A stretch of 64,000 nt of DNA from Eremomyces bilateralis CBS 781.70 (taxonomy: Eukaryota). The notes under the pieces are model-generated. The model did no database searches, was not told where the DNA came from, and saw nothing but the letters and a program-made list of their open reading frames with translations. A program made the position numbers and the translations under genes. Positions 12,875 through 23,528 of this stretch are shown in pieces. The first letter of the stretch is position 1. The number at the start of each line of letters is the position of its first letter. The stretch lies in the NCBI GenBank assembly GCA_010015585.1, contig ML975153.1; one strand, 5' to 3'.

Positions 12875-15201
12875 ATGCCCGAACCATCGGATCAACCAGT
12901 TCTTACCAAGCGATCAAGGCTGCGCCTTCAATGTTCGGTATGCCATCAAGCGTATAGCAAGAGAGAACATCTACTTGTAAGTATTCGGTTCGACTCCATC
13001 TACATGACATCCAGAGCTAATACAGGTGTCAGCGTCATGAGCGAACTCGTAAGTTGTAATAACTATGAGAAGATTTTCAGCCCATTGATGGTGTGCAAGA
13101 TACGGGTTACAGGCCGTTTGCCTGTGGCGAGTGCGGTCGGAAGTTCGCCCGCCACGATGCCATGAAGCGGCACGCTAAGCTGCATATTCGTTGTGAGAAC
13201 GTCTCTGGCAACTTAACCCCCCAGGGCACGTCAGCACCTCCTCTTGACCTTAACTGTGGCTCCGTGGACGACCATTCTGCGTTGCCATCGCCAGTCGATG
13301 CGGAGGCGTATGGACTTCATCAACCAACAGAGAAAGGCGCCGTTGCACCTCAAAACTGGGAGGAGACTGTGGTGCTAGACTCAAACGCTCAATTGTTCTG
13401 GCCAGACTCAGAGGACCTGCTCCAGAGCATCATTTCATACGATCCCAGCTTCTGGGCGCAGGCATCGACGTACGCACCCTTTCTTCACGGTCCTTTGACC
13501 CCGCTCGTAGGAAACGGAGCGGCCGCAATTCCACCTCTCATACCCGATTCACGGACTGACAGCGGTCAGTCGGCGGTCCAGCAGCTCAGTGGGTTGATTG
13601 CAACCGCCTTCACAGACATCACTACCGCTGTGGATCTCTCGGATCTCACATCCAGCTTTCTTGACGGCTGCCTGCACATGTTCTTCACACAGGTCAACTG
13701 CGTCTTTCCAATCATTCATAGACCGACCTTTGTCTTCCGAGAATGCTCGGCTCCATTGTTGCTAAACGCCATAGCACTGGGCTCGCTATTCCTCGGAGGG
13801 AAGGATGCCATCCTAAAAGGAGAGGCGCTCTGGAGATTGTCTCATGCGGCGATAGCGACGTCCTGGCATACACTAATAGGGCACAAAGGCCCCTACGACA
13901 AATGTGGAGGCGTGCAGCTAGTCCTCACTGCATTGCTGTCACAGGTGTACGCAATATTTTCCCGTGACAAAACGATCAGGATGACGTCTCAGATCTTCCA
14001 CGGTCTCGGATTCTATTGGGCACGACACTGTGGGATGTTCGAACTAGCCAAGATGCCTAAATTGCCCGTCGACGGCTCCAATTCTGAGCACGAGCAGCAG
14101 ATATGGCGATTTTGGGCGGCTCGCGAAACCCAACTCCGAGCCTTGTTAGGCATGTATATCATGGATGGAATCGTCGCACAGTTCTCGGGGAACCCGACTT
14201 TTGCTTCACACATGGGAAATCCTCTCCCTCTACCTGGCAGCGAGGCCGCTTTTGAAGCCACGACGGCCTCTGAATGGGTTCAACAGACACGCGCCTCTGT
14301 ACCGCATAACCCCAAGCTTTCATATTGCAACGTGTTTCGTGGCCTATTTGGCTACGAGAATTCGGTACCTAGTGAGCTTTCGCTGCCATCATGCCTTTCT
14401 CTTCGGGCCGCCCTCGAAGGTATTGCGTCCTTAGTACTCGAATCGCGCCGTGGTTACGCTGCACCACCAGTTGGATGTCCAGGGACACGCGAGATTTATC
14501 TTGCGTTACTCCGACTTCGTGGCTGCATCATCAATAACCCGTCTTTAAACCCGGTCGACTCCCTATCCCTCCTTCTTCGGTGGCATACCAATGCCCTTTC
14601 TATCTCTGCCGATACAGCGCGGGGAACTCGGCGACTTTGTCATCTCCTCGGCATACAACAGCACATTTTTGGCGGTTCGCCTCGACATGAGGATGATCTA
14701 GACCCGGGGGGGTGGGTCGCAAGCCCCAATGCCAGGCAGGCGTTGCTCCATGCGGTCGAAATGCAGAAGATTGTCGAAGAGTTGCCGCGCGGACGATGTC
14801 ACGGGTTCGAAGTTCCGGTTGGCGTCTTCTGTATTGCATCACTGTATGCGGCACACGTTCGAGCAGGCGTTGTGACGGTGGTATTACCTTCAGTGGTTGA
14901 CTGGGAAGTTGCTGGCCTTGCGATTAGCGACCTGAGTTCAAGGGACTTGGATCACGTATTTGTCGATAGGGTATTGAGAGAGGGTGATACCGCAAAACGA
15001 GAGACAGTCGAATTTGTGGCTGGAAGGTTCCATGGCGGACTCGCGGCTGGAATCGGCACAAGCACGATGACAGTCCACACCAAGAACCTCAGTTATGAAT
15101 TGAGTGCTTTGCTGATCTTGCTGAGGGGGCTAAGCGCACAATGGGGCGTCGCTGGGGAGATGGAGCGAGTCCTGAGTATGTGGATCGCAAAATGCGGTTG
15201 A
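12875..15201 (+). CDS. C2H2 zinc-finger transcription factor with fungal-specific TF domain (Adr1/AmdX-like architecture)
   Basis: Spliced fingers CSVC..KREHLLRHERTH-TGYRPF-ACGEC..RHDAMKRHAKLH include a 16-nt microexon (13033-13048). FPIIHRPTF marks the fungal TF middle domain. Confidence 0.9.
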
Positions 15202-15270
15202 TTCATAATAAAATACCAGTAATCCTATCTGTGACAACGAACAGGCCAGCGTGTGTATATCTCTGGGGGG

Positions 15271-17012
15271 CTAGTACCCGTATTTGAACGTATATCGGCG
15301 ATCACCTCGCCTGACGGTGCTGTTTTCTTCGGTTTCGAAATCTGCGTCGGTCCAGGTTGCTATCTTTCTTTCTCTCGATCGATTGATATACACAAATACT
15401 GATCGAATTATCCCAAATCCGACTATTCCGGCAGACATGATACACATCGTTACTGTCAATGGAAATCGATCTAATTGCTGTTAGATTGGCGTCAATTAAA
15501 GACGCTAGTGGCTCACATCTAGGAGAATGTTTCGTCTTGAAGAGCTGCCCTGCTATCACACCGGCCAGGTTAGAGTAGCCGTTGATGCCAATTAAAATCG
15601 AGCGCACACCCTGGCCGTGAATATTAGCCTTGTTCGGTAAAAGACCATGATATACTCCACCTTTTCAGGTGTATTTCCTGCAATCCAAGCAACTATGAGC
15701 GGGCCTCCCGTAAATGCTCCGGCCAGACACACGTGGGTGAATCCATATCTAAGTTTTGAGCTGGTCGAGACGACCATGACGATCAACCCTATAATAGCCA
15801 AAAACATAGCGGACATGACGTGGAGGCTGCGCTCTTTGAAGTAATCACTGCTCGTGACGAAACAGAATAATCCAATTGCTCCGACAATGAATGGAGGCAC
15901 ACTCATCAGGGATGCCTTAACACCTGTATACCCCATTCCCTTGACGAGCAAAGGCATGAAGTAAGAAAAGGCGGACACTGGAAGAGTCGCAGTGATGTTG
16001 AACAATATAACAATGAGTTTCTTCCAATCCGTTAGAGCCTCTTTAAGATCTCGGGATGAGAACCTCCGACTCTCTTTGGTTGTTGCCACCTCTTCTATGT
16101 CTGGAACGTTTTCATCGAGGTCCATTTGCATCCTTCTGACGGCATGAGCGCGCTGCAGCGGGGTAAGAAACCAAGCCGTGTGAAGATCTGCAGGCAGCAT
16201 GACGAATGTTACAATAGCCATCAGCAGTGTGATAGCGCCTTCGAAGATGAACAAGATTTGCCAGTCGTGGAGGACGTCAGACTTGATCTTGAAGAGGCCA
16301 TAGGCTATGAGACCTGCGAAAGCGCCCGCTATAGCGAACATTCCACAAAACAGGCCCAATCGCCTCCCCAGCACGTACTTTGGGTAAAGCGTGCTGAGGT
16401 AGTAGAAAGAGGTGGGAACAAATCCTGCTTCTGCGGCTCCGAGAAGCAAGCGTAATGCAATCAAGGTGGCTCGATTTTTCACCCCGGCATGAGCCATACA
16501 GACTGCCCCCCAAAAGAGCATCATGAGGCAGATCCAGTATTTGGGACGGATATAGCGGCCTATGGCAGCTGAGAATGGTTGCAGAGTCACGAATGTCACA
16601 GATAACTGGAGGATGATTAGCCACATCTATTCTAAAAGGTTAATGATACGCACTAAGGACACAGAGTCGGGAACATCGTCAGGCCTGAGGTTAGCGTCTT
16701 TAACAAAATCTGTCAAGGTTAGATATCGTCTGTCCCGGCCTAGCGCTGTGCATACTTGTTGTTGCGACGAATCCGATATTGGTCTTGTCTATACCACACA
16801 ACTGATAGAGGTCAGTGCAACTACGCCGGAGACAATGCGATAGACAGGCTCACGATGAAGTTGATAGACAGTATCAAGACAACCACCAGGTCCAACTTCA
16901 AGTTAATGGTTCGGTCCAACTCTCGCTCTTCATTGGTGGTGGGCTCATAGTGAGAGTGCTGCTTCCATCGAATCGGGCGTTGCTCTATCGTGACCATATC
17001 GGCTTTCTCCAT
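15271..17012 (-). CDS. MFS transporter, anion:cation symporter (allantoate/nicotinate permease-like) family
   Basis: KLDLVVVLILS, LRLLLGAAEAG, AGAFAGLIAYG, WQILFIFEGAIT, AWFLT and C-terminal RRGDRRYTFKYGY. Several introns. Confidence 0.9.
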
Positions 17013-17515
17013 CTCGATGGATGTGAAAGACCGTAGATATTGGTGTCTGCTAGTGCCTTCGCGAATTGGGAAGGGGATAACCAGTAGCTGGGTTAGGCGT
17101 GGCTTACCTTTGTTATATAGGTTTGGCTGAGCGAAACAGGCGAGATGTAGACGACCCCTCTTCGTTCCACACTAGGGATAGTCCATAATTATTGATTCTG
17201 GACACGCATATGGGAATAATTCCCGGCAAATAGATATGCAGCAGAGGGCATACATCTGCTGTCTTCCGACAGGTAATACAGACCCTGTATTAGATAACGG
17301 CAGGGGCGGAGTCGGTAGCATTTTGATACCTGCTCTGTTGATTCAGCCAATAATCCGAATTCCTTGCCCAAAGTGTCTAGAATTTAGAGGATCACTTTAT
17401 AAATTCGTTCCCGGAAGGAAACGAGGATCGAATTTCCGGCCTTGGTGTTGAACCCTAGCTCTTTTCTTCGCTCTCCACACGCCCCATTCGTTTAAGCTCG
17501 CCTATTCCACATGCA

Positions 17516-17545
17516 TCTCCACAGCTCTCCACAGCTCTCCACAGC
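17516..17545. repeat. Tandem 10-bp repeat (TCTCCACAGC)x3 in the MFS/P450 divergent promoter
   Basis: Read directly. An extra CTCCAC occurs at 17473-17478. Confidence 0.85.
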
Positions 17546-17732
17546 ATCCATGACTGACAGTGACGTTGGAATCCAATGACATCCTGGAGTCGGTACAAGG
17601 AAGTACGAGGATCGGCAGAGTGATGACAAGCCACTTAAGTACCGAAGTAGTTCCATGACGAAGTCAATGCGGAGGACTGAGAAACTTCGATTGCTCCCTT
17701 TCCTCTCATCTCGATTCCAAATAAAGAAGAAA

Positions 17733-19149
17733 ATGGAAAAACTGGGCGTTCCTGGGTCAGTGCTAAGCGGGAATGCTCACGTCAATACCTGCCGGAGGTT
17801 GGATATAGAGCCTCAAAAGGGTTGTCCGGGCGGTGCCAAAGGAAGCTTCCCCGAAAACAGGAAATCCGATTTCCATATTGATCCATCCAACAACCCCGCA
17901 GTTCTGCACGCACAATTCGATCATTTGCGCAGCACTTGTCCTCTCGCATTCACCTTGGATAAGGGCGGTTTTTGGCTCCTAACCAGGTATGCCGACATCA
18001 AGGCATCCGCTGCAGATCATAACACATTCATATCCTCTGTCAAAGCTGTTGTCCCATCCGACCCAAGAGGAACGAGAAGGCCGCCGCTGAACTATGATCC
18101 ACCGAATCATACCCCGTACCGAACCGCATTGGACCGTACACTCCGACCACAAAGACTGGAGAGACTGCGTCCATTGCTCGAAAAGCATGCCGAAGAGGAA
18201 CTGGAAAAACTTCTTCAACGCGGCGGTGGCGACATCTGCACCGAATTTGGAGCGAATTACGCAGCATGGGTTGAAACAGAATGGTTGAACCTTGATCATG
18301 CTTCGGCACCTGTGCTAGCGGAAACAGCAGCGAGGTGGGTGAACGCATGGAGGCAGGAAGATGCTGAAAATGTTATGAAGTACTCGACGAGACTGTACGA
18401 CATTGCGAGAGCGCTGTTTGCAGACAGAAAAGACAATCCACGAGACACGGCATCAGATCCCGCCACTAGCTTACTGGCAGAACAGGACGAGAAAGGGGAG
18501 CCGTTGAAGGAAGAGCATCTAATGTAAGACTGACTATCGGGAGTTTTGAAAACAACAACAATGCTGAGGACTTGATAGCGGTGCACTAAGGCAAAGCTTG
18601 GTGGTCGGCATGGTCGCACCACCACTCATGCTAGGAGGGATATGTAACCATCTCTCGGAGGATCAAGAGCTGCAACAACGGCTGAGAGAAGAACCTGGAC
18701 TGATTGGGCCTGCTGTAGAAGAGTTCATCCGGTTATATGTTCCCTATCGAGGATTCTCGCGAACGGTTTCAAGCAAAGTGGAAATCCACGGTCGCATCAT
18801 CCGACCAGGGCAGCCGGTGACCATGACCTATGCAGCAGGCAACCGGGATCCTCAAGTATTTCCTCGCCCTCATGAGTTCGTCTTAGATCGGCCGAATATC
18901 TCATCCCATCTTGGATTTGGCCGAGGGCGGCACCGTTGTGCGGGAGCGCCTCTCGCGAGGATGTAAGTATCTACACTTCAGTTCAAGTATCTCGCGCTCA
19001 AATGTTATAGGGCCCTTCAAATCGCCGTCTCTGTCATTCTGAAAAGGACGGAGCGTTTCGAAGTGAATGGACCTCTGCAGTTCGTCAGGATGCCGGAAAT
19101 GGGCATCATGAGCTGTCCACTTCGGTTGATCCCCTCTATGGCCGTATGA
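17733..19149 (+). CDS. Cytochrome P450, soluble bacterial-type, 437 aa
   Basis: Exons 17733-18523, 18579-18962 and 19011-19149 total 1314 nt in frame. Motifs DPPNHTPYR, EEFIR (ExxR), AGNRDP, heme ligand FGRGRHRCAG. An upstream in-frame ATG exists at 17655. Confidence 0.92.
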
Positions 19150-19516
19150 TCTTAGCATTTACATTTCATGGAAGAATTGAAGTCCGTTCAGATGAGCAGT
19201 GCGATAATGGCAAGTCTAGACTATGGAGGTTGAGGATTGTAGGTATTTATCATCTGGGTGCGATTCCGGAACTCGCATTGTGCACGGAACAGGTAATCGT
19301 TCATTCCACGTGATAGATTTGAAGTCACGTGCAGATTGTCGACCTATATTAATTACGATGTTTGCCTAACTTAAGTTAGTTAATGTTTACGTTAGTTCAC
19401 TTAGTCAGCAAAATGGTGTTACTGTCTACTGATATGAGACTATCCAACTGTGAACATTCAACCTTATTAAAGCTGTCTTCGTGGCGGATGGTTCCCTACC
19501 CCCCACCCGAATAACG

Positions 19517-20287
19517 ATGTCCGATGATGAAGAGACCTACACTATACCCCTAAAAGACCAACGCATCTTCGGCGCTGGCATCAAACGCAAACGCGTCGCC
19601 TTCGTCCCCGCCAGCGCCCCGACCTCCACCCAACCGCCCCTCCCCCGCTCCTCGGGGACCGACGTCGCCGCCAAATACCTGTCTATCGTCCTCCCAGAAA
19701 CCCCATCCCCCTCATCATCGCCCGCGCTATCGGCTGGCCGAACGACAACCGACGGTACACCACGAGATACACAGAGCGCTCCGCCCGCAGCCCCGACCGT
19801 CCCCGCCTCCAAGCCACCGCACCACGCTCCCGAGCAAATCTGCCCCGCGTGCAACCAGACCGTCTCCTCCACCGCGCCTAACCTGCACGCCGCGAGCATC
19901 ACGCACCAGATCTCCCTCCCGCACTCGCACCCGCCGTCCTCCCTCGACCGCACGCGCAAAGGCCTCCACTACCTCCAATCGTACGGCTGGGACCCCGATT
20001 CGCGCACCGGGCTGGGGTCGCGGGGAGAGGGGATCGTAGCGCCGATTCGGGCGCGGGAGAAGCGGGATACGGCGGGGTTAGGGTTGGTGGAGGCGATGCG
20101 GAAGGAGGGGGAGGGGAGGGCGAGGTTGGAGGAGCGGGTGAGGGAGCGGGTGGAGAAGGGGAGGAAGTTGGGGGCCAGGGAGGTGAGGGAGATGGAAGAG
20201 GGGAAGAAGAGGCGGGGGGAGAGGGTGATGAGGATGTTTCGGGAGGAACGAGATTTGGAACGGTATCTGGGGCCGGATGCGGATTGA
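19517..20287 (+). CDS. G-patch domain protein
   Basis: KGLHYLQSYGWDPDSRTGLGSRGEGIVAPI..DTAGLG G-patch motif, preceded by a C-x2-C..H..H finger-like element. Single exon. Confidence 0.88.
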   Translation: MSDDEETYTIPLKDQRIFGAGIKRKRVAFVPASAPTSTQPPLPRSSGTDVAAKYLSIVLPETPSPSSSPALSAGRTTTDGTPRDTQSAPPAAPTVPASKPPHHAPEQICPACNQTVSSTAPNLHAASITHQISLPHSHPPSSLDRTRKGLHYLQSYGWDPDSRTGLGSRGEGIVAPIRAREKRDTAGLGLVEAMRKEGEGRARLEERVRERVEKGRKLGAREVREMEEGKKRRGERVMRMFREERDLERYLGPDAD

Positions 20288-21204
20288 GTGGTGCAGGCGA
20301 GCACAAGCTTGCTTTATATCAAGGTTTATTCTCCGTGGATTCGGCGGATTCGAGAGCCGGCTTCGGGCGGGCTTCGCGATGAAGAATCCTGAAGATTGCA
20401 CCCGGGTTACGAAGGGACCGAAAATTGCTAAATGCAGCATTTGGCAACCCATCCGGGATCGCCGTTGAAATGGCCGCTGGATTGTCGGTCGTGCCATTTG
20501 GATGGCCTAGGACACTAGCGCGGGCCACACTGGATGTAATTATGTGTCCAGAGAAGGCCCTTTCTAGCGGCACATATCGATGGTTATGGAGCGTAGCTCA
20601 TGCACAGGACGATCAGATGACTGAAATCGAGACACAGTGTAATATCAACAACTCAATAAATAGCCGGAATTACCGTCGCCTGATATTCTGCTGTATGCAC
20701 ATGCAGTGTATCTACACCGACATTAACCCCCTACTTCCGAACTCTGTCCTCATAATTACAGCTCTCTAACAACTGCATATGCAACCCCAATCCGCATTAT
20801 GTATCGTGGCCGCTACCACGCATCAATCCACCTTCCGTTCGTCCCCAGCCGCTCCCGGGCAAGAACTATACAGTGTCGGCCCTCTTCAGAGCGCCGTGAC
20901 TGGACAATGGTATTAAGACATGATCAACAAAAGAAATTCGTCCGAAATGAAGAAACGGCAGGGTTGCCGACGAGAAACGCGTTTGCGGCGGAAAACACCC
21001 CCGTCCGCGGGAGAGGGAGCGGGGGAAGAAGAAGAACCCCGTCAGGAAATGCCCGAGCCACATGAAATCGTGTGAACAAAAAAGGCTGGTCATAAGAACC
21101 CAAGAATGAAAGACAAGCCGAAATCATTGTAGTTGGCTACCGAGACGAGAGAGCGTCGGGATCGACACTCACCCATTGATGTGATGGGCGACAAGACAGT
21201 CAAA

Positions 21205-23528
21205 CTACGGTTCCTCATGCAAAATATGCCAACTCCGCCGCACGAAATCCGACACGCGCATCGCCACTTCGTTCGTGCTACCCCCGCTCGCCTCCTTCTC
21301 GATGAAATCCTTCGCCACCCACAGCCGCATCTCGGTGCCGTCCTCGAGCATCGGGACCTCCTGGTTCGGCTGGTCGGGGCTTCGCAGCTTCCGGATCGGG
21401 TCGGGCATCTCCATGCGCGGGAAGCCGGGGACGCGCGGGCCGAAATGGCGGGTCACCAGGATGCTGTAGATGACGTCGCGGTTCTCCTTGAGGCCGAGGA
21501 TGAGGCGCACGGATTTCAGGGCGCTTTCGACGCGCTTGGATTCCTCGAGGTTGGAGTCGGAGGCGCGGAGGGTCAGGAAGAGGCCCACGAGGCGCCAGAA
21601 CTCGATTTCCCAGGATTTGAGCTCGGGGAGGTGCGGGGGGTAGTCGGCGAGGGAGATGGGGTTGTCGCGGAGTTGTTGGCCGGTGAGGAGGTGTTCGAGG
21701 ACTTCGAGGCGTGGGAGGAGTTCTTTGAGTTGCAGGGTGTCGGCAGGGTGGTTGTCAGGATCGATGTTGGAGACGGGTGGTAATGTGCCGTTGGTGTGGG
21801 GTTGGGTGGCCGGTGCGTAGGATTGGAATGGCCGAATCATGCAGAAGAGCTTCCAGACAAGCTGCATTCCGAGAGACCGGATCGTTTGCATGCCGTCATA
21901 GTCGGATTGGGGGACTTTACGCCATCGATCGATGTAGTGGGCGAAGAGGGTGAGAAGGGGCCGGTTCGTGATGAGACGACTCCAGCCTTTTGTGGTGTAC
22001 CAGGTGGTTTCGAGCATCGCGTCAAGTCCGGGGGCGTAGTCGTTGGTGTACAATAATTTGATCTCAGCTATGGAGCTTTCAGGGATATTGTACCCCAGAT
22101 TGGCTACTGGTGGACTCGTGGGAGACCATCCACCAACATGGTACAGGTCGTCAATCGTTATTCGTTTTGGGGCTTAGGACCGTCAGGTGCATCCTCCATC
22201 TTCATAGGCACATGCTGAACTTACGCTTATAGTCTGCCGTGATCAGGGGAGATTTGTTGCTGTGGTACGCCGGCAGTGTCGGCATCGTCGAGATGAAAGT
22301 AGGGTCGCCGAGGGGTTCACCAATGTGACCAATCGGTTTAACTGGTTGCGGACCTGGTTGTTGTGGTGGATGGGCGGAAGGATAGTAGTGTTGAGCTGCT
22401 GGTGGTGACGCCGACTGGGCGCCTGCTTGTGTATGGTGCGAGTTAGATGGGTGCGCGGGTTGGAGGTTGGCAGGAATGGTGGATTTGAACATAGGATCAT
22501 AACCTAGACAATCTCGTTTGCTTTTCTTGCAGTTGTTGCAGAAGGGGTGGGCTTCGTCACACTGTGAAGAACCAGTTAGTTGTTATGCGCAGCTTCGCAT
22601 GGAGGTTGTTGTGTTTTCCGGACAAAACATGAGAGTGATGTGAACTGTGTATCTTGCTGCATGCGCAAGGGGAAGATGTCTAGCGCCACGCCCGCTTTAT
22701 GACCAGTAGTCCCCCAGGCCCAGCCCTTTAAAAAACCTCACAAGTGATGTAGCGGCTCAGTCATGGCAATACATGGGAACGTTTCAGGAATATGTAGGCT
22801 CGATAATCGATGTCAATGGGTGATAACACTCCGCAGCACTCACCTTTATTCTTCGCTTCCGACAAGTCAAACAACCGGTCTTCGTCCTCCTCTTGATCTC
22901 CTTCTTATGCCTTCCATCCGACATCATCCGCTGCTCCATGCCTTCCTGGTGCGGTAGCGGGTAGCGTAGGTGGTGTGAGCCATCGTAATGCGAATGCGAC
23001 GAGTGTCCTAGAAGGGTCATGTGGTTCCCGGCTTGTGTGAAATAATTGGACACATGCGACGGAGGACTAGGGGAAACGCTGCTTTGCAATGACGGTGGAT
23101 TCGGATGTGGAGGCAGCGGCTGTTGGCCGTCCATGGTGCGAATCGGGGGGAGGTTAATTGAGGGGAGAGTGATGTTTGGTGGGGAGGAAATGGAGGAGTA
23201 GTGGTGAGGATGCGGAGGCGCGATTTGATCTGGAACGTACGTGTATGAGTAAGCGGACTGCATTTTGGCTAAAGGGATCATCGGGCACCAAGATGAGGGG
23301 AAGTTGGAAGGAGAATGGGAGTGGTGAATAGTGGCAGCAAATGGGGAAACGATGGTATTATTTACTTTGACTTTCCGTGCCAGGCTCTTGTTTCGGCTGC
23401 GGCAGTGGTTCCGTCGGCGTCTGCTGAACGTGGGGAGCACCTGCCGGTGGTTCTTCCTGGGGCGGCATCATTTCTTTCTTCTCGTCCTGCTGCCGGTCCT
23501 CGTCGTGGCGTGGCGTCTCGTCGGCCAT
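21205..23528 (-). CDS. Zn(II)2Cys6 transcription factor
   Basis: KRRTKTGCLTCRKRRIK|CDEAHPFCNNCKKSKRDCLGYDP across intron 22562-22843. First exon MADETPRH... (ATG 23528) splices in frame via intron 23269-23365. A further short intron lies near 22174-22226. Confidence 0.9.

Noticed and set aside
12987..12997. GGTTCGACTCC, a perfect tRNA B-box/T-loop motif
   Set aside because: It lies in a ~56-nt spliceosomal intron with no A-box or cloverleaf, so it is not a tRNA.
20337..20390. Small GC-rich stem-loops with a C(TTCG)G loop after the G-patch stop
   Set aside because: Short, imperfect stems of this kind are expected by chance in a GC-rich UTR.
21133..21783. Long antisense and alternate-frame ORFs (here and over the FAD oxidase, DNA2 and F-box genes)
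   Set aside because: They are shadows of GC-rich codon usage in the real genes and carry no motifs.
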